Source: an uncultured Actinomycetota bacterium (lineage in GTDB: Bacteria > Actinomycetota > Actinomycetes > JAFAQI01). Taken from it: 64,000 bases of DNA. The stretch spans positions 32,001 to 96,000 of the forward strand of contig CAVYQE010000001.1 in NCBI GenBank assembly GCA_963770565.1, written 5' to 3'. Made by a program: the position numbers and the translations under genes. The notes under the pieces were generated by a model. The model was given only the letters and a program-made list of their open reading frames with translations, was not told the origin of the DNA and did not search any database. Shown piece by piece: positions 34,608-46,225 of the stretch; position 1 is the stretch's first letter; each line of letters starts with the position of its first letter.

Positions 34608-36399
34608 TCAATCCTGGCTGCGTTGCTTGGCCGCCCCTGTCGACAAGGCCATGTTGATCGCCGAGTTGATCAACGCGATGTGCGAGAGCGCCTGCGGAAA
34701 ATTGCCGACCAGCCGCGCGGCCTGCGGATCGTATTCCTCCGACAACAGCCCCACGTCGTTGCGGAACGCCAGCATCCGCTCGAACACCTGCTCCGCCTCG
34801 GCCGTCCGACCGGCCAACACGTAGTTGTCCGCCAGCCAAAACGTGCAAGGCAAGAACACGCCCTCGCCGGGAGGCAAGCCGTGAACGTGATTCGACTGCG
34901 CGTACCGGAGCAAGAACCCGTCGACGAGCAGCTCGCGCTCGATCGCGCGGACCGTCCCCTGCACGCGCGGATCGTCGGCCGGCAGAAACCCGACCAGCGG
35001 AATCATCAACAGCGCCGCATCCAGGGCCGAACTGCCGTAGTGCTGAACGAAGCTGTTTTGGCCCGCGTCGAACCCCCGATCGCAAACTTCGGCGGTGGAT
35101 TTGCTCCCGCAGGGCGCGCCATTTCTCCACCGGTCCCTCGAGGCCGAACCGCTCGATGCTCTTGACGGATCGATCGATGGCGACCCAGGCCATGATCTTG
35201 GAATGGGTGAAATGTTGCGGCGGCCCGCGAATCTCCCAAATCCCCTCGTCGGGTTGCTGCCAAGCCGACTCGACGAAGTCGACCAGCATCCGCTCCAGAT
35301 TCCAAGCGGCGGCCTCCGGGTGCAGGCCGGCCCGGCGAAACTGAAACATGGCGTCCAAAAGTTCGCCATAAACGTCGAGCTGAAACTGCTCGCAGGCCGC
35401 ATTGCCGATCCGCACCGGCCGGCTCCCTTCGTAGCCGGCCAGCCAATCGAGCGTGAGTTCCGGCAGACGCCGCTCCCCTTGCACTCCGTAAGCGATCTGC
35501 AATTCGTCAGGGCTGCCGGCCACGGCCCGCAGCAGCCATTCGCGCCAGGCCGCCGCCTCCTCGGTGTAGCCGGCCGAGACCAAGGCGAACAACGTCATCG
35601 TCGCGTCGCGCAGCCAGCAATAGCGATAGTCCCAGTTGCGGCCGCCGCCGAGTTGCTCGGGCAACGAGGTGGTCGGCGCGGCGATGATCCCGCCGGTCGG
35701 CGCATAGGTCAGCGCTTGCAGGGTGATGAGCGAGCGGACCACCGCCTCGCGCCACGGCCCCCGATAGGTCGCATGACTGACCCAATCGAGCCACCACCGC
35801 TCCGTCTCGTCGAGCATTTTCAGGGCATTGCGGGGCGGCGGCGGATCGCGATGCGACTCGAACCAAGTCAACGAGAAGGCGACGCTTCGACCTTCGGCCA
35901 CCTCGAAGTCGGCGACCGAGGTCAGGCCCTCGCCATGCACGGCGACGTCGGAATGCAAGACGACCCCATCCGGACCGCAAATGGCGCGGAAGCCGTTGTC
36001 CTGCCCCTGCACCCAGGGGACGATGCGGCCGTAATCGAAGCGGAGCACGAGCTGCATGTGCATGGGCACTTTGCCGCTGACTCCTTGGACGATGCGGATC
36101 AGCACCGGGGCGTCGGTGCGGAGCGGCATGAAATCGATGACATCGACCGTGCCGCCATCGGTTTCGTAGCGCGTTTCGAGCACCAACGTCTCGCCCCGAT
36201 AGCGTCGCCGCGACGGCCGGCACTCGGCGGCGGGAGCAAGTTGCCAGCGGCCGTTCTCGGGTGTGCCGAGCAAGGCGGCGAAGCAGGCGTCGGAATCGAA
36301 GCGCGGCACGCAAAGCCAATCGATCGAGCCGTCGCGGCCGACCAGTGCCGCCGTCTCGTTGTCGCCGATCAGGGCGTAATCCTCGATTTTCGACGACAT
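34608..36399 (-). CDS. Glycoside hydrolase family 15 (trehalase/glucoamylase-like; frameshift near 35090)
   Basis: IEDYALIGD, AAPTTSLPE..GG.RNWDYRYCWLRD, QLDVYGE, GIWE.RG, GLLSEE, GNFPQALSH. Confidence 0.92.
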
Positions 36400-36521
36400 C
36401 GGCGTAGCGCCCCCTCGTGGCAAGACTCGATCCGAACCGGCATCTCCGGCGGAGCAACCGATTATACACCGAGGTCCGCGATTTTCGACCCGCGGCGGTC
36501 GGCGCGATTTCGGGGGAGCGC

Positions 36522-36563
36522 AAAAAAAGCCCGCCGCGGCCCGTTATCGGGTCCGCGGCGGGC
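36522..36563 (-). terminator. Intrinsic terminator of the rRNA operon
   Basis: Minus strand GCCCGCCGCGG-ACCCGATAACGG-GCCGCGGCGGGC hairpin followed by T7, directly after the 5S gene. Confidence 0.85.
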
Positions 36564-36573
36564 ATGTAAAAAA

Positions 36574-36682
36574 TTCCGGCGATACCTACTCTCGCACTTT
36601 GGGTACTACCATCGGCTCTGAAAGCTTAACTACCGTGTTCGGAATGGGAACGGGTGTGACCTTTCAGATATGGTCACCGGAA
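36574..36682 (-). rRNA. rrf: 5S rRNA
   Basis: Conserved CACCCGTTCCCATTCCGAACACGG...GTTAAG, CCGATGGTAGT and GAGAGTAGG on the minus strand; closing helix TTCCGG/CCGGAA. Confidence 0.95.
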
Positions 36683-37179
36683 AGAAGCGGCTCGGGCCGG
36701 TAGGCGCCGAGCCGCTTGGTGTCCAGAAAGACGTTGGCGGGCAAAACTTGCGGCGCCAACCGTCTTCGTCAAAGACAATTTGTTGTGGTAATCGGCAGCT
36801 CTTGGCATGGAATCCGAACTTCCGGGCTCCTCATGGCCAGCCCTTTGGCTGGAGTCACGCGGGGCCGATCGAGATCGGAGCGTTGGATCAAGGTGGTCAA
36901 GCATTCGTCCGTTAGTACCGGTTAGCTGAGCACATTGCTGTGCGGACACATCCGGCCTATCAACCTGGTCGTCTTCCAGGGGACTTTCGGTATAAACCCT
37001 ACGAAACCTTATCTTGGAGCGGGCTTCACGCTTATATGCTTTCAGCGTTTATCCTTTCCGTTCATAGCTATCCAGCCATGCCGCTAGCGCGACAACTGGG
37101 ACACCAGAGGAACGTCCTTCCAAATCCTCTCGTACTAAAGAAGAACCTCCGCAAGTTTCGTACGCCCACAGCAGATAGG

Positions 37180-37214
<35 letters not shown>

Positions 37215-37263
37215 ACGTACCACTTTCATTGGCGAACAGCCAAACCCTTGGGAGCTTCTCCAC

Positions 37264-37301
<38 letters not shown>

Positions 37302-37328
37302 GCTTCGCCGCTATGGACGCTCGGAAGC

Positions 37329-37361
<33 letters not shown>

Positions 37362-37525
37362 TGATGAGCGACGGCCTTTCCATCCAGCACCGCCGGATCA
37401 CTAAGCCCTACTTTCGTATCTGCTCGACTTATGAGTCTCGCAGTCAAGCACCCTTCTACCTTTACGCTCGCTGCCTGATTGCCGACCAGGCTGAGAGTAC
37501 CTTTGGACTCCTCCGTTACTCTTTT

Positions 37526-37567
<42 letters not shown>

Positions 37568-37808
37568 TTCGCCCGGATTCACGGGAATCGAGAGTTAGAA
37601 CTAAAACATGGTCAGGGTGGTATTTCAACGTTGGCTCCATGACGACTGGCGTCGCCACTTCACAGCCTCCCACCTATCCTACACAGAACATGTCCAGACC
37701 AATATCAGCCTACAGTAAAGGTTCACGGGGTCTTTCCGTCACACTGCGGGTACGTGGCATCTTCACCACGGCTACAATTTCACCGGGTCACTGGTTGAGA
37801 CAGTGCAT

Positions 37809-38338
<530 letters not shown>

Positions 38339-38572
38339 GACAAAGATCAGGGCCGGCGTGTTATGGAAACCCAGAGGCTTCCATCCAGGGCTGTCAAACC
38401 CTGAGTCGTTACGGGGATCGTCAGGCGACGATCTTACCCTCGGTATTACCCGCGACGCCCTGCATGGCGTCGGTGGGGCTCCACCGATTTGAGCCGGTGA
38501 TCAAGGCGGAATCGCTTCCGCCACGGGCAATGTTACTTACCCGACAAGGAACTTCGCTACCTTAGGACCGTC

Positions 38573-38871
38573 CATTGTTGTTACTCAACCCTCCGGGAAT
38601 CCGAAGATTCACTCGGCGGTTGGGCCAGATCATTTCTGCCTGGCTCTACGGCTCGCACCGCAGATCGGACTATATCATCCCCGCCGACACGGCCGGTCGA
38701 CGGGGTTTGGCGTATAGTCTCTGAGGATTCCGGATCGACAACAGATCGATCCGGCCTTTCCTGCTGATTGCCTGCACCCACCGCATTGTCACTGCCCGAC
38801 GGATCGGGCAAGTAGCTTGGGATACTCAGGTGTTCCAGCATTTAGCCAAATTTTACAACTACGAGAGGTTC
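38573..38871 (-). ncRNA. Group I intron at 23S position L1917 (299 nt, no ORF)
   Basis: Splits GUAACUAU|GACGGUCC. P1 AACUAU/GUAGUU; P AAUGCUGGAA; Q AAUCAGCAGG; R CUCAGAGACUAUAC; S GAUGAUAUAGUCC; ends ...ACAAUG. Confidence 0.92.
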
Positions 38872-38902
<31 letters not shown>

Positions 38903-39145
38903 GTCGCGAGCTTCGCCTTACGGCTAACCCTCTTCCTTAACCTACCGGCACCGGGCAGGCGTCAGACTCTATACTTCCTCTTGCGAGTTTGCAGAGTCCT
39001 GTGTTTTTGATAAACAGTCGCTGATGCCGATTTACTGTGACCCCCGAGAGCTTGCACCCCCGAGGGCACCCCTTATCGCGAACTTACGGGGCCAATTTGC
39101 AGAGTTCCTTAACCAGTGTTCTCCCGAGCGCCTTAGACTTCTCGT

Positions 39146-39176
<31 letters not shown>

Positions 39177-41142
39177 ACCAAAGTTTCAACCCTTAGGAGC
39201 TTTTCTTGGACGCCTTTCGGATGACTTCCGAACGTAAACGCGCTCGGTCCCGCCGTTGGCTTGCGGGGGCGGATTTGCCTTTCCCCCACCTTCCGACGGT
39301 CTACGGACATTTCTAATCGTACCGCTCACCTTACAGACGCCGTCCCTCCATCGGTCCATCTTGGTGGCGCAGGAATGTTGACCTGCTGTCCATCGTCTAC
39401 GCCTTTCGGCCTCGACTAAGGTACCGGCTAACCCTGGGCGGATTTACCTTCCCCAGGAAACCTTAGGCTTTCGGCGGGCAGGATTCTCACCTGCCTTATC
39501 GTTACTCATTCCGGCATAATCACCTGTGACGCCCCAACACCGCTCCTTACGGTACGGCTCGTATCTGACGTCTACAGCGCTCTCCTACCACTCAGTAACC
39601 CGAGGGTCTGTCGAATCCACTGCTTCGGTGTAGAACTTACTCCCGTTCATTATCGGCGCAGAATTGCTCGGCCAGTAAGCTGTTACGCACTTTTTAAATG
39701 GTGGCTGCTTCTAAGCCAACATCCTGGCTGTCACGGCAACTCAACTTCCTTAGTGACTGAGTTCTACTTCGGGACCTTAGCAGATGGTCTGGGTTGTTTC
39801 CCTCTCGACCGCGAAGCTTATCCCTCGCGGACTGACTCCCGAGATAGTCGCACCGGTATTCGGAGTTTGGTTCAGCAGAGTAGTCTGGGAAGGCCCTCAA
39901 GCCGATTCAGTATCTCTACCCCCGTTGCGTAGTGGCTCAAGGCTAGCCCTAAAGCTATTTCGGAGAGAACGAGCTATCTCTGCGTTTGATTAGACTTTCA
40001 CTCCTCCCCACAAGTCATCCCCTCGGTTTTCAACCCAAGTGGGTTCGGTCCTCCACGCGGTATAACCCGCGGTTCAACCTGCTCATGGGTAGTTCGTGCA
40101 GTTTCGCGTCTACCACCAGCGACCATTGTCGCCCTATTCAGACTCGGTTTCCCTATGGCTCCGGTCCTGAAGACCTTAACCGAGCCGCTGACGGTAACTC
40201 GCCGGATCATTATGCAAAAGGCACGCCGTCACGCATTGTCCACGCGGGCCATAGTGCTCCGACCGCTTGTAGGCACATGGTTTCAGGTTCAGTATCCTCC
40301 CCTAGCAGGGGTTCTTCCCATCTTTCAGTCGCCCTACTGAGTTTACTATCGGTCGTCAGGGAGTATTTAGCCTTACGGGATGGTCCCCGTAGATTCAGTC
40401 GGGGTTCCACGTGACCCGACCTACTCAGGTACTCCTCGGGAGGCTGTCCGCTTGTCGCATACGGGACTGTCACCCGCTATGGTCCAACTTTCCAGATGCG
40501 TTCTGCTAGCAGACCGCTTTGTAACTCCCATGTGAGAGGCCCTACAACCCCGCGGAGGAAAACCTCCGCGGTTTGGGCTATTTCCCGTTCGCTCGCCGCT
40601 ACTGAGGAAATCGATTTTTCTTTCTTTTCCTGCGGTTACTGAGATGTTTCAGTTCGCCGCGTTTGCCGCACATGACCTATGGATTCAGTCGTGTGCCAGT
40701 TCGGGAATCTCGGGATCAACACTCGTTTGACAGCTCCCCCGAGCTTTTCGCAGTCTTCCACGCCCTTCAAAGCCTCCTGACGCCAAGACATCCCCCATGT
40801 GCCCTTAGTAGCTTGACCACATTGATCGAACGCTCTCGATTCCCCCCAAACCTCTCGCGAAGTCCGGAAGGCCGATCGCCTCGATCCGCTTTGTCAATCT
40901 ACCGTATCTCGGCCATCATCGCCGGCAAGCGCGCCGACACCATGGCCGAGGGTAACGTTCTTTTTGATCTTTACGCTGCATTCCTTCCCGTCCCGACGTG
41001 CCGATCGCGGCCACAAGAGCCCCGATCTCACGGCAAAGCCGGAAACGAATGCGTGCTAAGAGCCTTGGAGAACAAAGACGACGACCGCTTGCGCGGGACG
41101 CCGCCATCGTTCAATTCAAGATGCCAATTACCACAAACCGAA

Positions 41143-41154
41143 TTGTCAAAGATC
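41143..41154 (-). promoter_or_regulatory. rRNA antitermination boxA
   Basis: GATCTTTGACAA on the minus strand in the 23S leader (consensus TGCTCTTTAACA). Confidence 0.7.
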
Positions 41155-41394
41155 GAACCCGCGAAAGTTCTTGCGCCCCGCGACGATTGCCACCGCCGCC
41201 AGCCGCAATACCTCTCGCCGACTGTCTTAATGGACAGGGGCCAACCTCGCCTAACCCGAACCGGCAAAATGCCGGCCGACTGGCGAACTTCGCCTCCGGC
41301 CACCCGGACCCAACACCTCTTGGACCCAACTACCTCTTGGACTCAGCACCGCCGCGTGAGTCTCACTCCGCCTGAACATACCGCGGAAGGGAAA

Positions 41395-41423
41395 AATATA
41401 CCGGAGCCGCCAATCGTTGTAAA
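41395..41423 (-). promoter_or_regulatory. Sigma70-type promoter for the 23S-5S operon
   Basis: TTTACA-17 nt-TATATT, about 580 nt upstream of the 23S 5' end and upstream of boxA. Confidence 0.65.
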
Positions 41424-41914
41424 GAGGCGGCGAAAGATTTTTCACCGCTTCGATTCTTCCTCGGAAATCTCCGCGGCAACCGGGCGGCAAAATCGCGGCC
41501 GGATTCCCGCCCGAAAGAATTCGGCGAGGTGGGCCACGCAGAGCCCCATTGTAGAAACTCGCCGCCGCGAAACAAGGGGTATTTTTTTCCGGATCGAACC
41601 GCCGGTCGAAACGAGGCCGAATCGAAGCCGAAAATCGCGAAATCGTCGGCCCAGCCGGCGGCCCCCGCGCTGGGCAGCCGCTCGACCGGCCGCTGCGCAA
41701 GCGGCGTAAGTCACAATGGAAAAAGGACTTATAGCCGACGGCCAGCCCCTGGCCGGGCACTCGCGGGGCGCCGAGGCGGGTGGGCTTTGCGGGCCGCCGC
41801 CGATCCTGCGGCGACGTAGAGTTCGTTTGACAGTCGCCGCCGAAACGACTACATCGTCGTGGCGAATTCGCCCTGGGCGACTCCACCAGCCTTTCACGCT
41901 CCAGGAGACCGATT

Positions 41915-42085
41915 GTGGCCAAGCACGACATCGGAGAATACAAGAAAGTAGCGAAGGAAATGGAGAAAGAACAGGCTCAGACCCAAAAGGCCGCGGCCAC
42001 CGCCAAGGCGGCGTTGGACAAGCTCGACAAGCTGTCGGCGTTTTCCGGGAAGGTCCGCAAGGAGCTGAGCGCCGAGCCGGATTGA
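41915..42085 (+). CDS. Small Lys/Ala-rich hypothetical protein
   Basis: AGGAG SD then GTG; MAKHDIGEYKKVAKEMEKEQAQTQKAAATAKAALDKLDK... Confidence 0.45.
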   Translation: MAKHDIGEYKKVAKEMEKEQAQTQKAAATAKAALDKLDKLSAFSGKVRKELSAEPD

Positions 42086-42149
42086 CGGGCCGCAGGGCGT
42101 CGCCCGCGCGGCATGAAGACATCGCACTGCCCTTCAGCAGGAATCCACC

Positions 42150-42650
42150 ATGGGAAAGAAAACCACCGCTTTCATCAACGCCATCGGCAAGCAAATCGCC
42201 GACATCCGCGAACCGCTCTCGCAAGTCATGGGGGTCGCCGAGGCGATGGCCGACAAGCGCAAAGAGCACGGCGAACTGATGGACAAGATTCAGAAGGTCA
42301 CCGATAAATACATGCCCAGCAACAATCAGGCGGACAACCGCAGCTCGCAAAAGGAAAATCCCGAGCAAAAGCTGGCCGCCGATCCGGAATTCAAGAAGCT
42401 CGAAGGGCACATGACGAAGGTCAACAAGGAAATGGAAGACTTGTTCGACTGGAAAGACAATCTCAAGAACGACATCAAGAAGCAGCGGGCCGCCCTCGAT
42501 GCCGACCTCAAGGCCTTCGAGCAATTCGTCAAGAAAAAGAAAGACTCCTGGTTCGGCAGCAAGAAATCCGTCCCCGACGCCGAGCGGCTCATCAAGAACG
42601 GCAAAGACGCCTCGAAGACGATCAAGGAAGCGGTGAATAAGATTCCGTGA
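42150..42650 (+). CDS. Lys-rich helical hypothetical protein
   Basis: 166 aa with strong host-like codon bias and an AGGA SD; no motif recognised. Confidence 0.7.
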   Translation: MGKKTTAFINAIGKQIADIREPLSQVMGVAEAMADKRKEHGELMDKIQKVTDKYMPSNNQADNRSSQKENPEQKLAADPEFKKLEGHMTKVNKEMEDLFDWKDNLKNDIKKQRAALDADLKAFEQFVKKKKDSWFGSKKSVPDAERLIKNGKDASKTIKEAVNKIP

Positions 42651-42688
42651 GCGGCGAGCGCTTTGCAAAGGTCGAAGCCTCGATGCGA

Positions 42689-43934
42689 TCAGGGATCGGC
42701 CGTCGCCGTCTCGACGGCAAGGGCGTTGACCGTTCTCAGATGTTCGGCGACATCCTCGAGGAATCGGCAATCGAACCTCAGACTGCTTTTCATGGCGCGA
42801 TTTAGGAAACCGGCCGTTGCACGAGCAGAGAGCGGGCGAAGTGGAAATCTCAGGAATTCCAAGAGCGGCGTTTGTGCTCGGATTACGGGCCACATCGACG
42901 CGCAGACTGCATTGCGCCGCTCCGATCTCCATAAGCGGCACTTGGCCATCGGCCGTCCGCAGCAATGGGCAGGCCCTCTTTGCAGACAGTTTTCCCTGGC
43001 GTCGCCAAGCGTCTGCCGATCCACGACGCGACGCGAACGCATACCGCGTTGCCGACAAGTCGCCAGCGGACCCCGGCCCGAGACGATATGGTCGCCGCGG
43101 GTTGAGTCCATTCGACAGGGAAGCCTTGAAGTCGCTCAGCGTCGCGCAGATCGATCGTCACTAATCGTCGTTCGGACGGAATCCAAATCGCGGGCGGCGA
43201 TGGAATCCCGATTGTGGAACCACTTTTCAGCGTCGGGACGCAGTTTGGTGCCCATCCGAGCCCGGTCGCGCCCTCGGTCCAGTAGAAGCCAAAGGCTTCC
43301 GGGGAGCGGCATTCTATGGGCTCCGAATTCTCGTCGGCAAAGATTACTTCTCGAGGATCAGCGTCGAGAGAAGCGAGGATCACAACCCGTAATCGCCGCT
43401 GTGGAACGCCAAATGCCCTTGCATTGACAGTCCGGTAGGCCCAGCGGTAACCCGCCGTACCAGTGCGCCGGTAATAAGCCGCATTGCTCGACCCGAATCG
43501 AGGCAGAGCATAAACGGCACGTTCTCGAGCAAAACCCAGTTCGGTTTCTGTTTTGAACTGTCAATCAATCGAAAGACTTCATTGACCAGCGAAGATTCAG
43601 CACCCGTGACCCCCGCCGTCTTTCCGCACTGACTGAGGTCTTGGCACGGGAATCCGGCTGAAATCAGGTCGCACTGCGGCAATCGCTTTATTTCCCGGAT
43701 GTCGCCGGCTAAGCGGATTTTCGGGAAATGAGACATCAGGACCGCCTTCGCAGTCGGCTCGATTTCCGATAAGATCACGGCGTCGTGGCCGTGCCGCCTC
43801 AGCCCCAATTCAATGCCGCCGACCCCGGCGAAGCATCCGGCGACTCGCAGCGACTGCGGCTTTTTTCTGCTTGCGATTTGTCTCAAGGTCGTGTTCGGGT
43901 AGGTCGGTTGGCGGTTCGCGATCCAGTATGCCAT
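42689..43934 (-). CDS. DNA (cytosine-5) methyltransferase (frameshifted)
   Basis: Motif I FAGVGG, IV GFPCQDLS, VI LLENV, IX ERLQGFP, X LVGNAV. Confidence 0.9.
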
Positions 43935-43978
43935 AGTCCCGCGAAAAACTTGAGACCTTTTCTCCAAGAAAATTCGAC

Positions 43979-45029
43979 ATGCAAGCCAATTCACAGCTAA
44001 AGCTGATCGCACAGAGCCAAAGGGACGACGCGGATCGCCAGATTCGGCGAGTCCAAAAGGAGATTCGGTTCGACACCCGCGATTTTCCGATCGAGACAAT
44101 CGTCCATCGCTTCAACCGCGGCAGCTTCTTCATCCCGCCCTACCAGCCGAGTTTATTTGGAATCAGTCCGACCAAAGCCAATTCATCGAGTCGGTCATCA
44201 TGGGGCTGCCTATCCCAATGATGTTCCTGGCTGAAGACGAGGAGGGAATGTTCGAGATCGTGGACGGCGCACAACGAATCCAGACATTGGACGCGTTTCT
44301 CGCCGGCGATCTTATTCTGGCCGACCTAACGAAACTTGATTCATTGAATGGTTTTCGATTTGTTGACCTTTCGGACATTCAACAAAACAAGCTGACCAGC
44401 CGCGCGCTTCGGATCGTGGTGCTAGATCAGGAAACGACCACCGAAAACCGTCAGGATCTATTCAACAAATCAACAAGTTTGGGCGGGTACTGGAGGCAAG
44501 CGAACGGCGGCGCGGCGCATTCGAAGGAAAGTTTGTAGACTTCCTGGAAATATGGCAAGAGACACGTTATTTCGGAACCTGTGCCCAATCACGCCGGCAA
44601 AGGAGAGGAGAAAGGAGCCAGCTCGAACTCGTGACGCGGTTCTTCGCCTATTCGGAACGATACTTAGAGTTCCAGCACGACGTGGATGGGTTCATCGACG
44701 AGTTCGTCAAATCACATCGAACGGACTTCGAAGAAGCGAGGTTTTCCTCGGAATTCACGAACACCATGCAATTCGTGCAAAAGCATTTTCCATATGGATT
44801 TGCCAAATCGCCGAATGCAAAGACGACGCCTCGGGTGAGATTCGAGGCGCTGGCGGTTGGGACAAACCTGGGCCTGTGCCAGAAGCCGCACCTCATCCCA
44901 TTGCCAGTCACTTCCTGGTTGGCGACGGATGAATTCAAGCCCAGACTACGACTCACGCCAGTAACTCCGCGCTCGTTTACGAAGGCGCATGAATTGGTTC
45001 GAGACCATCTACTGGAAGGTGCGCAATAA
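43979..45029 (+). CDS. DUF262 (GmrSD/ParB-fold) protein (frameshifted)
   Basis: FFIPPYQ, FIESVIMGLPIPMMF, EIVDGAQR (DGQQR motif), PRVRFEALAVG. Confidence 0.85.
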
Positions 45030-45032
45030 ACG

Positions 45033-45752
45033 ATGTTCGTTCAGCTATTGGCGGATTTCAAAGATCGCGTACGCGAAGTTGACCTCTATTTTCAGCTTCT
45101 CTCGGCGATCGACAACGACGAGATCCTGGTCGGCAAGGGGAGCGGACAGCAGGTATTGCCAATCGGAGTAATGCCCAGCGATTTGGACGGTATCTTTAGA
45201 CGGGCGGCATATCTTGTTCTTTACAATCTCGTCGAGGCGTTTGTTCGCCGCGGCTTTCAAGCTGTTTTCGACTCGATACACGCAGACGGGCTGTGTGGCA
45301 TCGAGTTGACGGAATTGCTCCGCACGCAATGGGTAATGCAAAAGAACAGGAAGGTCAAAGCCTTCGACGGCTCACCGAAGGTGTACATGGAGATCGCTAT
45401 CGACATTGTTGGCGAGATTATCGACAAGACGTCCGCAAAACTGCATCGCGACCAGCTTCCAATGTCGGGCAACTTGGACGCGGACGTTATCCGAGATGTC
45501 TGCATGCGACACGGTGTGGACGACCAGACACCGGCGGCGGCAAAGGGCGGCTCCGCGTTGACGATCGTGAAGAAGAAACGCAACTCACTGGCGCACGGCG
45601 ACGAATCTTTTTCGGAGTGCGGCAGACAGACGACGGCCGCTCAACTTCTCGTTGCCAAAGATGAGGTCGTACTTTTTATTAGGGGGATTCTACACAACCT
45701 CGAGAAGTTTGCGACGAGCAAGTCCTACAAGGCACCGACAATCGTCGTATGA
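45033..45752 (+). CDS. MAE_28990/MAE_18760-type HEPN nuclease
   Basis: AYLVLYNLVEA, SGNLDA, R-X4-H motif KRNSLAHG.ESF. Confidence 0.85.
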   Translation: MFVQLLADFKDRVREVDLYFQLLSAIDNDEILVGKGSGQQVLPIGVMPSDLDGIFRRAAYLVLYNLVEAFVRRGFQAVFDSIHADGLCGIELTELLRTQWVMQKNRKVKAFDGSPKVYMEIAIDIVGEIIDKTSAKLHRDQLPMSGNLDADVIRDVCMRHGVDDQTPAAAKGGSALTIVKKKRNSLAHGDESFSECGRQTTAAQLLVAKDEVVLFIRGILHNLEKFATSKSYKAPTIVV

Positions 45753-45789
45753 AAGAGAAACGACACCGGAGCAAGGTTCGTTGCCGAGA

Positions 45790-46197
45790 ATGGACAATCT
45801 GACGCCAGTTCGTCGATCGCTGCTGATGTCTCGGGTTCGTGGCGCTGACACAAAGCCGGAAATCGCCGTTCGGCGGCGCTACACAAACTTGGATTGCGTT
45901 TTCGACTGCATTCGGTTGACTTGCCGGGCGAGCCCGACATCGTGCTGCCGCGAATGGAGAGTCGCTATATTCGTCCACGGCTGTTTCCGGCACCGGCATT
46001 CGAATTGCCGAAAGACGACGCATCCAAGCAGCAATCGCGAATTTTGGGAGCAGAAGTTCGCCGCAAACGTCGATCGCGATAGGCGATGCGTCAAAGCGTT
46101 CCGCAGGCTCGGCTGGACTGCTATGGTCGTTTGCGAGTGCCAAATGGCCGATGAACGAACGATGACGCAAAGCCTGGAAAGGCGATTCCACCGCTGA
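45790..46197 (+). CDS. vsr: Very-short-patch repair endonuclease (internal frameshifts)
   Basis: MDNLTP.RRS.LMSRVRGADTKPE, DLPGEPDIV, IFVHGCF.H.H..C, NVDRDRR...LGW. Confidence 0.88.
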   Translation: MDNLTPVRRSLLMSRVRGADTKPEIAVRRRYTNLDCVFDCIRLTCRASPTSCCREWRVAIFVHGCFRHRHSNCRKTTHPSSNREFWEQKFAANVDRDRRCVKAFRRLGWTAMVVCECQMADERTMTQSLERRFHR

Positions 46198-46225
46198 TTA
46201 CGGAGGGTAATCACAAATCGCTTCG

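Noticed and set aside
38581-38841. ORF inside the L1917 intron
   Set aside because: It overlaps the P/Q/R/S ribozyme core and has no endonuclease motif.
40819-41400. tRNA or 16S remnant in the 23S leader
   Set aside because: No cloverleaf, T-loop motif or anti-SD 16S 3' end was found by eye.
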